A stretch of 64,000 nt of DNA, taken from the NCBI GenBank assembly GCA_050084985.1, contig JBITNC010000001.1:181040001-181104000 (forward strand). Direction: 5' to 3'. The position numbers and the translations under genes are program-made. The notes beneath the pieces were generated by a model that made no database searches, had not been told where the DNA came from, and saw only the letters and a program-made list of their open reading frames with translations. How positions within the stretch are numbered: position 1 is the first letter of the stretch; each line of letters opens with the position of its first letter. This document shows positions 12,590-26,700 of the stretch, piece after piece. This DNA comes from Nageia nagi (lineage: Eukaryota; Plantae; Pinophyta).

Positions 12590-13469
12590 GGACATCTATA
12601 AAAGATTAGTTAAAATTGATTTTGCATCAAATATTATAATTATGGGTTCCGTGATAGACATTTATACAAAAAGGGAAAGCATAGGCACATGAATTATTTG
12701 ATAAGATGCATGGTTGTAGAGAGTTTCATGGAGTACAATTATCATAGGAGTATGAAAAAAATGGATACATTGAAAGGGCCCATGAAATGCAATGATTGGA
12801 GGATATGCATGATGCAATCATATTTTAATGGAATGCAATTAATAGATAAAAATTCATGGTTGCAATAAGGATGCCCTTAAAAGTTTATATATGATGAAGC
12901 ACTTGGGAACCTTCCCTGATAACATAAACTTTGTATGTGTTCTATTTACATAAGTCTAGTAGATCAGGTTGTAAATACTTTACTAGCACGAGCCTTTCTT
13001 ATTACATTATTCCTAAGACGAATCATTACACAAGTATTATTGACCTTATTATTTCCAAAAAAAATTGATGCTACAATGTGTAATTATTTTCTTGGTGCTT
13101 GTAGAAATCATATAGAAGGTCCATGTACAATTTGATAAAATGCATCAAAGAGACATCATCTCATAGACTTCAATGTTTATAAGATATTCTTAGATTGGCC
13201 TTCTTATGGAAGATAAAAATCATTTTAGGGAAATGTAGTATAGAAACACAATCTTATAGAATGTAATAATCATAAGAGATGCACATATTGGGCATGGTTT
13301 AAATCCTCTAAAGTATTTTCAAAAAATATAATTGACTAGTTTTAGACTAGATTCAATAATCGTTGCAAGTATTCTAGTGGTGTCATCATAGAATTCCTAC
13401 ACATATGAGGTAAATTAGTTCATCTAACTAAAACCTCCAAGAACTCTATGGTGCAATCAATGTTTATGA

Positions 13470-16400
13470 TGTAGAGTTAGCTAAGAGATAAGTGTAGACC
13501 ATACATAATGAATTAAATAAATAATTCATTAATATGATTTACAATATATGATGTTGTTCAAGGTAATACAATCCATATATGATCTCTAACAGATGTATAA
13601 ACCTCATAAATGAATACATCATTCCAAATACACCTACCTTTTGATCATTAGTGAGCTCTAGGAAGTTGAATTAACACATCATCAATTTATAGGAAATACA
13701 TGTCATTAGTGGCATGGAATTAGTATAATTGCATGCACGAATTGAAGTATATGGAACCAAAAGAAGAGTATTGTAGATCAAACTTTAAACACAATAACAT
13801 CCATGTATAATGAACGCTATTAACGGCCTAAAATACACACACCCATGAGTACAAATTGAAAAGCATGAGACAAGACAAAGGGTACAGCAACTCTAAGATA
13901 AGTGGTGTTACGAGACACTTTTGTTGGAACGGATATGATGATATTGCATGTTCTATTCTCTCTCCTCATAGATCGAGTTACCTTTGGTATTCTTTTATAA
14001 CAACATCTTGATCCTCTTTGATTCTTGGGATCTTTGCACATTACATTGTTTATGATGTCTTTATTGATATTTGATACTCTTTACATTGTTCTATGATCCA
14101 TTACATTGATTACATTGCCTTGGGTGTATTTTAACCCCTTTTTACAATAAATATCCTTGATGCTATAAAATGAATTATTTAATAACTAATAATTCATTTT
14201 TAGGTGTCTACATTTTTCCCCTCTTTGGAGGTGTGATTGAAGCAAAGAAATTACATGTCTAAAGAAGAAGTATAGAAGAAATTTTTTGAAATCTTTATCC
14301 AACACTACCATTTGATGATGATGATGAGGGTCCTTTGCTACCCCCTTTTGACTTATTTTCCCTAGGAAAGCTCCTTGAGTGGTGCAGCTAAGACAAAATA
14401 TAAAGAACTGTGTCTATTTTCCCTTATGATATTATGGAAGGAACTCTACTAGAAGGTAGTCTTACGGTCCCATGTCCAATCTAGGAAATAGTTTCCCCTT
14501 ACACTATTCAACCATGGATCTAGCCGTTCCATTATTTTTTATACTCAATAATCAATGCTCTTATGTCCATGCCTTGATACAAAATAATTCACTTGATTTG
14601 AAGTCTTGATTCACTGATAAGCATGCCACTAACGATGTATAAATAGTAGTGCATTCATTGACAATGTGGAATATGCATTACTTGATTTCCTTCTTTTAAT
14701 GTAGATACCTGCAAAAAATGTTAGATATACCTTGCATGAAAATATTTTTTATACATAGTGAGTTGCATCGTCCATTTATGATGAGTCAATGTCAGCAATC
14801 TACTTACAATTGCATCATTGATTTGTCTTTTAAGTGAGTGAACTCTCACTAGCCGTATCGATGGCCATCGATGACCTAGCATTTTTATGTCCATGGTTTG
14901 CAGACATTATATTGTCATCAATTTTATCTTTTTGTCTTTTGCTTTTTTTTATCTCTTTCTCTTTTTTTTTTGCTATCTACACGTTGCTAATGATGTGCAG
15001 ATAGTAATGCATACTGCTGATAGTGTGGATCCTCATCATATGCATATGAAAATTCTTTGTACCCTATTGTACCATCATTTTGAATGATTTTCACTATCAA
15101 ATATCTATAATTTAGTGCCCTTTTTCATCATCTTGCTGAAACAATAATGCCCCCAAGGCATATAATATGGTTGATATGGAGAAATATAGTTCTTTCCTAA
15201 AATCCATTAGAATTAAAATCTAACTATATCCATCCATGAGAGACCAAGTAAAACTATCCACAATTATATCAATATTTGGAAATGAAATATCAAATCTTAT
15301 CCCTCCAATAGGCTTATTAATATGAACCATCCATTCCAAATAATGCATGACAAAACAAGGATCTAAACCAAGCATATCAATATAAGACCTTGCAAAATCA
15401 CTATGACTCTTAATAAACTTGTTTGTGTACCTTTTTTCCTACGATGTTGGTAGAGCAACTTCAACTTCAAGCAATTCATCATTTGTTTGTAATAGCACCA
15501 ATGATCCATTCAACCTTGAAATCTCATTTTCTTCCTTATTTTCCTCATTTAACTAGCCAATTCATAACACTCCCCCATGTACTCCAATATATCATCATTA
15601 TTATAGCAATCAATGTCATCATAAATAGGAAAAGAGAACATATTTTGATTTGATGTTTCTAAACCTTTTTCAATACTCTTACAGCTATCAACCATGTATT
15701 CTTGCACAAAAGGATATTAAAAGATATTACTTGTTGGATTTGATGAGAGTGATGATGTAGAGCAAGAACCATCTTCTTCAAATTTGGGGGCCTATTCATT
15801 TGGTGGTGGGGGAAAATTGTAGATCTCCTCAGATAAGGGTGAGATGAATACACCATCATAGTCCTCTTCACTTTGTTTTGATCTCTTACTATTATCAAAA
15901 TTGGTAATTCGTACAGTTGTGATAGGATCTAACACTATCGATGAAATATCTGAACCTTTCAATTCATTTACCTCTTTGTGTAGTGCATGTGCTTTTCTAA
16001 TCATCTTTCAAAATACTTCTTCCATTTTAATGCTGCTAATGGTCTAGGAACAACTATAAACACCATTAATGGCATAGATCTGTTACATAATTCTCATGAG
16101 ATCTTGCAGGGAGGGCAAGATAAATCGAACAAATGGGTTCACCAAAATGTAGACCATAAATAATGAATTAAATAAATAATTCATTAATATGAGTTACAAT
16201 ATATAATGTTGTTTGAGGTAATACAAGTCATATATGATCTCTAACTAATGTATAAACCTCATAAATAAATAGAGCATTTCAAGTACATACGAAATGAGTG
16301 GTCATACACTTACTTCTAATCATCAGTGAGCTCTAGGAATTCAAATTAACATGCCATTAATTTATAGGAAATACACACCTTAGCGGTGTGGATTTAGTAG

Positions 16401-18003
16401 AATTACACACATGAATTGAATTATACAGAACTAGACAAAGAGTATTGTAGATCAAACTTCAAACACAATAACATTCATGCATAACAAATGTCATTAATGG
16501 CCTAAAATATGCACATCCATGAGTAGAAATTGAAATGCATGAGACAAGATGAAGGGTATAGCAACTCTAAGATAGGCGATGTTACGAAACACCTTTTTTG
16601 GGATGGATATGATGATATTGCATGTTCTATTATCTCTCTCCTTAGAGATTATGTTACCTTTGGTATTCTTTTATAGCAACATCTTGATCCTCTTTGATTC
16701 TTGGGATCATTGCACATTACATTGTTTATGGTGTCTTTATTGATATTTGACACTCTTTACATTGTTCTATGATCCATTACATTGATTACATTTCCTTGGG
16801 GTGTATTTTAACCCCTTTTTACAATAAATATCCTTGATTTTGTAAAATGAATTATTTAATAAATAATAATTCATTTTTAGGCATCTACAATAAGTTTGAT
16901 TCTTTGTCTTTGACAAAGATTCTTTCATTGATGCATTTCTATAATTTTTTATACTTTCACTTGCAAAATAGAATGTTAAATCGTAAATGCAATCTAACGT
17001 GGTAGGGAAACCTCAGCTTAAGTTCTTAATACCTTAAGATGCAAAAATACGGAGTTAACCCCAAACTTGGGTATATGTAGGACCCCTTACACCCACTCAA
17101 AAGGTTTGTAGAGTAAAAAAAGTATGCCTACATGCAATGATATGCTAATGCTTATGATAATTCTATGATAATGTTCTTTATGATGATAAAGATTGCTAAA
17201 GATGATAAAGATAATTATCAATGCTAATGCTATATGATATTAATGCAATATTATTGCTAAATGATATGATAAGATAATTAAGAAAGTGATCTAAATAATA
17301 TTTATGAGTAATGCAAAGTACCCACAAAGCTAAATAATAATTCAAATTCATATGCAAGTCAACCTCAAACTACAAAAGAAAATGATAATTATGCTAATGG
17401 GTATGCTCACATTTATGATAATTCAAATATAACACAAACCCCTAGCATGAGATTAGCCTAGGATGCAACTACATGCATACAAGTAAGCTAGAAAGCAAAT
17501 ACTATGAAAATTATACAACTCCTCTCCAAATGCTCGAAGATTGTACCTATAATTGGAAATCACATGAAAAGAAAAGCATATGACACAAAATATGATAATG
17601 AAGCTCAAATATACCTCAAACCAATGTAAAGATGGTGTGAGATCAAGCTTGAAGAAGAAGAATGTTGAATTCTCTCTCCAAATCTGAACATAATGCTCAA
17701 AAGAATGTTCAAATGTTCATGTCAGAATGCTCAATGCTCAGAGATTGCTTAGATTGAATTGGCAAGAATGAATTGATTCATTCAAATGATCTTGAAAAAT
17801 TCTTTTATAGACAATTGTTTTAAGATTAGCTGATAGACTGCTAGTCGAAAGACCCACTATAGAGACTACAAGATCGGTAGGCCAATTACAAGATCGATTA
17901 TGATATGCTCTATTTTTTACTATTTTCCTTATTTTGATCAATGTTATATTTTTGCTCAAATACCATAGATGCAAGGTAAATATGTAATTTTAAGGTGTCT
18001 ATA
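13470..18003 (-). mobile_element. 3' LTR of an older host LTR element (interrupted at 13493-16889); its internal region continues at 18004-19670 and 50669-51038
   Basis: Starts tgtagag and ends ggtgtcta[t]a, followed by a PPT complement (gtttccccttttt). The left boundary is inferred. Confidence 0.5.
13493..16889 (-). mobile_element. Short (3.4 kb) non-autonomous Tat/Athila-type LTR element
   Basis: LTRs 13493-14212 and 16148-16889 (tgtagacc...tctaca). TSD ATAAG. PBS-like TGGTGAACCC at ~16135-16144. PPT complement tttttcccctcttt. The internal 1.9 kb holds only scraps such as FARSYIDMLGLDPCFVMH (~15340-15395). Confidence 0.9.
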
Positions 18004-18118
18004 GTTTCCCCTTTTTGAGTTGTGTTTTGTCATAAGACAAACTTAGTGCAAAAATAAGATGATGTGATTGTGATGATTAATTATTATTATGATATTGATA
18101 ACAATTTGGTTTGAAAAA

Positions 18119-18797
18119 TGATGAATTGTAAACGATGCTTTATTGACAAAGATGATTTATTATTATAAGTACGCAAACCTACCAATGTTGAGGAACACGC
18201 ATTAAGTGTTCCAAAACATGAATCAATGTAAGATATCCCAGTTTATGGTAACATGCTAAATGATTATGCTCAACCTATGGCAATTTTAAAGCTCTTGATG
18301 TGATCATGATATGCTAACGTTTTCCCAGTTGATAGAAATAAGGTCAAAAATGATAAAATGATAACTTTTCCCCAATTTGTGGAAAGTAAAGGATGATAAT
18401 GATCAAAATGCTATTCTTGTCCTAGTTTATGTAAAGCAAAAATGTTATGCTCAAAATCAATGATGAATGGTAAATGATGCTTTGATGACAAAGATGATTT
18501 ATGATTGTAGGTATGCAAACCTACCAAATGTTGAGGAACAAGTGTTAAGTATCACAAAACATAAATCGATGTAAGATTTCCCAATTATGGAAATATGCTA
18601 AATGATTCTGCTTGACTTATGGCGATGTTAAAGCTCTTCATTTGATCATGCTATGCTAACTTTAATGAAAACAAAGCAAAAAGTGATAAAATGATAGCCT
18701 TACCCCAGTTTGTGAAAAGCAAAGGATGATAATAATAATGATAAAAATGCTATTTTTGCCCCAGTTTATGTAAAGCAAAAATGTTATGCTCAAAATG
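18119..18797. repeat. ~340-bp tandem duplication (2 copies)
   Basis: gcaaacctacca..tgttgaggaaca at ~18173 and ~18515. gtttatgtaaagcaaaaatgttatgctcaaaat at ~18425 and ~18763. Confidence 0.85.
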
Positions 18798-21700
18798 ATA
18801 ATTTTTCTCTAGTTTATGGAAAACAAATAGTGATGCCATGATAAATCCAAACTTGCCTTAGTTTATATAAAATAAGGAAGAATATAGAATGATAATGTCT
18901 TAAGCCAATGGTTATGATATGTTTCCAATATGCTAGGATGTGATGCTATTGATATTGATTTGAGATAGTTGATATCTTGCCCCTCAAATAATGGTTTTAT
19001 GGGTGAACAAAGTGAAATCAACAAAATATTGATTAACCATTGATAAAGATATATACTCTAAGATTTTACATGATAAGATGTTTACTTGACTTTGCTTGAT
19101 TTCGATGTGATTGATTATGCTTTGATTATGATATATTTTTCTTGATCATGATATGATATTGCTTTTGATTTGTGATGTAATAATGCTAAATGATCACAAG
19201 ATAGAGATCCATCCATCTCAAAGTCTTTACCATTTACTCCATGAGTTGTGTTTCCCTCATAAACCATGATAGTTAACAATCAATAAACAACCCCAAAGGA
19301 TTGATTCTATGTTATCCCAATAATAACATTATGATCCAAGTGGTTGTATCTTGATGGGGAATTGGGCCCATGGGTAGTGATAATGAAAATGGATGGAATT
19401 AACCAAAAAAATACATATGTATGATGATTTGATCTTGATGTTTTATGTAAGGTACACTTGATAAAATTCTCAAAGATAATGATGATGATGATGATCAAAG
19501 ATATATGATGTATGTTTTTTATGTTTTGATTATTTCATTTATATTTTTTATTTTTTGCTTTGTTGACAATGATGAAAACATGACATGTGATAAAGATATG
19601 CTATTTTGGGATAAAAATAATATGATGTGATAAATATATATGCCACATGATTTGATGAAATGACATGATATGTAATGACCCCATTGGCAAACCCTTCAAA
19701 GGTTTAATTGAGGTGACGAAAATAGTATCATTAATGATTTATGAATAGTTAAATATTAGTATTAATGGAATAATACTAATATTATTAATGGAGGCATTAT
19801 GGTATTAGTAAATATTATTGATATTAAAAGGATTTAATGAATTGAATAATATTTATTTAGTATTATGATATCATTAAGACGAGTCAATAATATTTGTTGG
19901 AATATAAAATAGTAGGGTAACTAATTATAATTCAGTAAGATATTTTTATGAGAAACCCTAACCCAAAGAAAGAAATTATAAATAATACCAAAGGGTAAAG
20001 GTCTAGGGGGTGTCTTAAAGCAAGTTTTTATAGAAACAAAGAATTGTTGCTAGATTGGTGACTTGATTTTTTCAATTAGTTACAAAGGATTCCGAGTTGG
20101 ATATTTCCCTAATCCCTTGTATGAGCATGATTTGATGTATTGATCTTGCTTAATTTTTTATTTTATTATTAATTAAATAGTATGAGATTTTAATTTGATA
20201 TTTGTGTATTATTTGGTGTTGAAAATATTATGATCATATTATTGTATCTTTCATAATTGAAAAGGGTGTATTTGGAAAGCTAGATTATTGATCTATGAAT
20301 ATATTATATGGATTTGTAGTAAATCAAGTTGATCACTTCTTTCGGTAAAGAAAAATGTATGATCTCATAAAATTGAGTTATCTCTTGATTTGATTTGATC
20401 TGATACAATTCTAAAATTTGATTTGATTCCTTAATTATAGATCAATTTGATATCTAAAAAATTTAATAGGGTTCCAATCTTGCATATAGATCTAGACATT
20501 TGTAGAGGGTTTTACATGTTGAATAAAAAGTGAACTTGGTGAGAAATTCATGACTTCTCTTATAAAATTATGAAAATAGTGATGTTCATGTTTCGGGCGT
20601 AAATTACTTATATGATCTCCATTTTTGCTGAAATTTTGAGGAGATTTTGTAGACAAGCTTAAGAAAAAACCCATAAATGGTTTGTTGATTTATTAAGCAT
20701 GAAAAGAGATATAAGAATTTTAATAAGGATCTTTTTCTTAGACTACATTTTTATCCTTGCAATTGTTTGACAAAATTTAATATATGGATATATGTAGATT
20801 TAAGTTAGATCTAAGAGATATAAGGTGTATCTAAGAGATCTAAGAGATTTGAGATATATCTAATCAATGTTAGGAAGATCTAAGATATTCAAGGTAGATC
20901 CAAGAGATTTACGTAGACCAAGAGTTTTAATTTATAAAGAATAATCGTATTTATTAATTATTATTTTTTAAATGTTGAAAGAGGGTTTCTAATTTTAAAT
21001 GATTAAAATATGATATTTATTTGTGAAATAAATAAGAGAGAGATTAATATTGTTGTTTTTTTAGTCACCCCTAGGATTAACCTAAGTGGAAACTATGGTA
21101 AAACACTTAACATGTGATTATGTATTATACCAGTTATTTAAGTTGACTAATAATATGATAACAAAACGAATAGGAAACAAAAAATAACCTAAATGAATAT
21201 AGAAATAAAGTAACATACTTAGGTTATTGGATCAAGATAACAAAGTAGTAAATGCATGCACTAAAGAGATGGAATCAGGCGAAAGATAAATACTTGTGAT
21301 TCCTTACTTGGATGAAGTCAATTATATGCAGATAGGAACTTCACAAAGATATGTGAACTTGATGTGCAAACCTTATGGAGCACAATAGAAATAATGGTAG
21401 TGCATATGCTTGTGATAACTTGAGTGCTACATTTTCAACAGTAGTGTGAGCATGTACAATAGCATGAACGCTAGGAGTCCAATCGAGTAGAGTTTGCCAC
21501 CAAGAATTAAAAGATAACAAAAGATTGAAAAGTCAATCCAAACACATAACTACAAAATATGGAATGACATATATGCTTATGATAACAAGATCTCAATCTC
21601 AATAGGCAACATTTAGAAATACTTGAACTTTGAAGTGGTATGAGTTATTCAAATTTTAATCTTGATTGCTTTCCCATGTAATTATACTTACCTTTATATA

Positions 21701-22784
21701 CACTAGATATACTCCAATTTCCCTTAAGGAAGGCTAGCATTGATGCTAGGATACTTATTATAGAAATAAAAAGATCACATGAGAAAGGATCGATAACAAC
21801 ACGAACAATATGATATAAAATCAATATGGTATAACACCTAAGTAGGGACACCTTAGGGGTACCAAAATTGGGTATCAATAGATTCCCCCCTTTGTAAGTA
21901 TAATGAAATGAAACTTTTTGAAGTGGAATTATTCTTTCAAAGGAAGTCAATAAGAAAGAGAAGAAAAAAATTGACACTTCCCTGGTTTAGCTATAGAACT
22001 ATCCTATCGTCAAGGATTGATGATATATGTTGCCCACTCTTTGCCTTGATTTTAAGATAGAATGAATATCCATGAAATACAAACAACCAAGAGATAAAAA
22101 TGACTTGAAAAAGGAGAAAAAAAATATACAATCTTCCAAACATATATGTGATGATAAAATCTAAAAGATATAACAATGATAGTGAGAGCAATAATCATCA
22201 TAAGTGCATGATATTGTCATGGTAACACTCAATTCCCTATTCATGGATAAAAAATATCATAATAGAACCAAGTATATCATTTATAGACTCATACATAACA
22301 TATCGTCAAAAATCATATATAAATAAAGAGTAAGGATGAAATAAATATATATACACACATCATCATGAAAGAACCAAATATCCTATTCATAAATGCAATT
22401 CATAACATAAATACCTAATGCCTCATTCATGGATGCATATATATGATCAAAAAGGACTACCATGGTGATGGTTAGTTTAAAACCAACCAATAAAGGTGTA
22501 AATATCAAATGAGGATCATATCATTATTGAAGAAACAAGTTGCCCCATTCATGGATGTACATCGTTATGGAAACAAAGGATTCCCATTCTTGGATGTCTC
22601 AAATGATAAAGTGATAGATGCCCAACTCAAAGGGTTATCATATTCCAAAATATGAGATTTTTATAATGCCTTCATAGTAAATATGAATAGTATGGTAAAT
22701 GTCCAACCCATGGGGTTGTCATATCTCAAAAATATAGAATTTTTTCAATATCTTCCCTATAAAGATGGATAACAATAACAATAA

Positions 22785-23150
22785 TGGTTATTTAAAGTCC
22801 ACCCAACAAGGACATGATCATAAAGTAGTGATTATTATTTAACATCCACCCAACAAGTACATGATCATAAAGTAGTGATGGTTATTTAACATCTATCCAA
22901 CAAGGACATGATCATAAAAAAATGATGGTTATTCAACATCCACCCAATAATGACATGATCATAAAGAAGTTATGGTTATTTAAAGTGCATGCAACAAGGA
23001 CATGATCATAAAAGTAGTGATGGTTATCTAATGTAATCCAATAAGGAAATGATCATAAAGAAGTTATGGCTATTTAAAGTGCACGCAACAAGGATATGAT
23101 CATAAAGTAGTGATGGTTATTTAATGTACATCCAATAAGGACATGATAAT
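22785..23150. repeat. 47-bp tandem array (~8 copies) in the Ogre 3' non-coding region
   Basis: Unit tggttatttaa.(gt/at)ccacccaacaaggacatgatcataaagtagtga. Confidence 0.9.
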
Positions 23151-23749
23151 ATTTCAAAATGAAGTAATGTGATATGATCATAACAAAACATGATAAAAGC
23201 TAATAGTTTGCATATATTTGTTATGAATATAAAGAAATAAATGGTGCAAAAAATGATACATGATCTTACCTTTAGTGATTGTGATAGAAGTAGAAAGCCT
23301 AGCATGAATGCTAGTGTCAACATGACCATTGCTGTTAGCATGGACACTAAAGATATAAAAATAGCATGACACCAAGATACCATGGAATACATTCTAGTAA
23401 ACTAAAAATAATGTTGAGAAAGGATTCCCTATTTATTAAGGCATCAATTGTATGATTGATAAACCCAAATTGTTATACTAAATCATATGACTATCGTGAT
23501 CTAATTTTACAATATGAACTGAACCAAAAGATAACTCTAAGACCTATAACATTACTATATTTTATAATCATCATAAATCAAAGAAGACCCATGTGGATGC
23601 TAGATAACATAGTTGAAAAATACATAGAAGTCTAATGCTAGCTCTAGGATTGCAAAAAACAAAATAGAGCTAGGAGAGTGATATTGGACACCTACATAGG
23701 TTACTTACTAAACAAGACCTCTCAAAACATAAGTGACATGATTCTCTTA

Positions 23750-26700
23750 TGCATAAAATGGTTTCATGTGCCTAGCATTGGTTAAAAATTTATCTTCTTT
23801 TCCCTCAACAGTTACTAATTTGTATGGTCCATTGGTGTATTTTGTCTTGACAATGTATGAACCTATTCATTTTATCTCAAATTTGCCTTTGTTTTCTTTT
23901 TTGGCTTGTGTTTTGTGATGATTTCTTTGAATACCAAATCATAAATATTAAATTAATTTGGTCTTATCCTCTTTCCATATGCTTTCTTAGTTATTTTCTA
24001 ATATGCTCTAAGATGTTCCAAAACATGAATCATTTTCTCATCCAACCCTTTTAATTATATTAATATTGCTTTTCTTTGTTCTTCCCAATCAATTATGCCT
24101 TCCAAATGCACCCTTAGTGATGGTATTTCCAATTCTAATGGAAGCACTTCCTAATATCTATAAACTAATAAAAATGGAGTACACCCTATTGCTAAACTAA
24201 TACTAGTTCTATATGCCCATAGTGCATATATTAGTTGTGAATGTCAATCTTTGTTATTCTTTTTGACAATTTTTCATAAAATATTTATGATTATTTTGTT
24301 AGTTGCTGTAGCTTTTTAATTTCTTTTTGGATAACATGTTTATGCAAAATTTTGTTTTATCTTAAATGCCTTGCAAAAATCTCTAACATGCTTGACTCTA
24401 AATTTTTTTCCATTGTGTATGATTATGTGAGATGGAACACCAAATCTTGCAATGATATTGTCAGTCAAGAATTTCACAATTTGAGGACCCTTAAATGATC
24501 TCAAAGGTTTTAGTAAAATATTTAGTAGCAACCAAAATAAACTTATGTCCTTCACTAGATTTGGGATTGATAACCCCAACCAAATCCAAAGCCCAAATAC
24601 CAAAAGGCAAAGGAGAAATCATGGTAGCCAATTGATTTGAAGGAGCCATTCTTAAGTTAGCATGCTTTTGATATTTTTTCACATTTATTAATATGAAGTA
24701 TGTAATATTTTTCCATATATGGCCAATACTAACCCAATATTATATGTTTATAAAATATATCCTTACTGTTAAAGTATCCTCCACTTATATTTTCTTGCAC
24801 ATGTTCTATAGCTTTACTAGTTTCTTTGTTAGTTAGACATCTAAGAAAAGTTCTATCAAAAGGTATTTTGTAAATAATATCACCAATAATTATATAACTT
24901 GCTACCATTCTCTTGAGCCTTCATTTGAGGAACTTGTTATGACATGAATCTATAATCTTTTCATCTTTTAAGAAGTTGTAAATATCAACATACCATTTGT
25001 GTAATGGAAGGATAACACATAGGATTGGTTCTTTCTCAAATAAATTAGTGAAGGATGCTTAATATAGCAAAGAATTATTCTTTATAATTTATTTTTATTG
25101 TAGTTTCTTCATACTCAATGAAAATGGGTGTCAAAGAAGCGACATTGGCCATGGCATCAACAAATCTGTTACTGTTTCTTGGAATGCTCTCGAATTGAAC
25201 TTGTCTAAAGTACCTTTCAACCATATTTGTTACTAAGTATTGTATGGCTATAATTTTTCATATTTTATATTTTGAAATTCATTTATTTAATTGATAATAA
25301 GCTGTGAATCACCATTAACCTGTAGTTTCTTAATACCTATATTAATAGCATCATTTAAACCCAAAACTAAATCCTCATACTCAACCATGTTGTTGGTACA
25401 ATCAAATTTAGTTTGTAATCCATAGGGATAATACCACCTTCAGGATATACCAATACAATACCTAACCTGATTCCTTTTAAGCACTTGGAACCATCAAAAT
25501 AGAGTGTCCATTTTTGCTCATCAACTTCCTCAACTAACGCCATAAGTTTATATTGAAACCATTCTTTGCTTAAAGTGGAATTTTCACATGGTACCTCAAC
25601 CAACATATTAACAATAAATTATCCTTTGATTTTCTTTTGACACATGTAAATGAGATTAAATTCTTGTAATTACATAATTTATTTAGTAGGTATTCCTTGC
25701 AATTGAGATTTAGAAAGTAGATACCTCAATGGATCAACTTGAGCTACTACGTAAGTGGTCTTAGTAATCATATAATGCCTTAATTTTTGAGTGGTGTAAA
25801 CAATGAAGTAACATAACTTCTCAATTTGAGTATACCTTATTTTCACATCATGCAATATTTTTGATAAATAATACATAACCCTCTCTTTATTTTTATTAAC
25901 AATTACCAAAATAGTTCCTAGAGCATGGTTTATATCTGACATATATAAATATAAAGGTCTCTTATGATCAACTGGTTGCAACATAGGAGGGTTAAGTAAG
26001 TACCTTTTGATTTCATCAAATGATTTCTAACATTCTTCAATCCAAACATATTTGTTTCCTTTCTTGAGAAAATAGGATAAGAGAGCTCTTCTATCTACCA
26101 ATTGAGCTATGAATATTGTGATTGTTTGTAATTTTCCTTATAGAGTTCAAATCTGCTTGATATTCTTAAAAGGAGGTATGTACATGATGGATTTGACCTT
26201 CTTGGGATCAATTTCTATTCCTCTTATAGACACAGTATATCCTAAAAATTTTCCACTTGATACTCCAAAAACACATTTCTTAGGATTAAGCTTCAAATTT
26301 AATTGTCTCATTCTCTCTAAAGTAACTCTTAAGTCTTCCAAATGATCCTCTTTTTTCTTAGATTTGGAAAAATATCATATACATATAGTTCAATAGATTT
26401 ATGATCCTTTTTTTCTTAAGAGGTGGTATGTCCATGATGGATTTGACCTTCTTGGGATCGATTTATATTCCTCTTATAAACACAATATATCCTAACAGTT
26501 TGTCACTTTATACTCCAAAGACATATTTCTTAGGATTAAGCTTCAAATTGAACTATCTCATTATCTCAAAAGTAACTCTTAAGTCTTACAAATGATCCTT
26601 TTTTTATTAGATTTGGAAAAAATATCATCAACATATTCTTCAATAGATTTATGAATTAAATCAAGAAACATAGTTACCATTTATCTTTGGTATGTAGCTC

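Larger units (their letters stand above)
7045..13125 (+). pseudogene. PLS-class PPR (E-type) gene fragment split by the LTR element at 7131-12589
   Basis: Left flank reads NSKNFASIISICATMGTLEEDMD. Right flank resumes IYKRLVKIDFASN...AHELFDKMH...NAMIGGYA...KDALK..MMKHLGT...PDNINFVCVL...GCKYF...FLGACRNH, with many frameshifts. Confidence 0.8.
6706..13382. mobile_element. Probable small non-autonomous CACTA (~1.2 kb net) carrying a PPR fragment, interrupted by an LTR element
   Basis: Left end ctctacaacaa. Right end reverse-complements to caccactagaa. Both are one substitution from CACTAC, and tca flanks both sides. Dense direct and inverted accatcata/atgatggt subterminal repeats at 6750-7000. 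Right-side subterminal repeats are weak. Confidence 0.4.

Noticed and set aside
22785-23150. CRISPR-like array
   Set aside because: The units are contiguous 47-bp repeats with no unique spacers, in a eukaryotic retroelement, with no cas genes.
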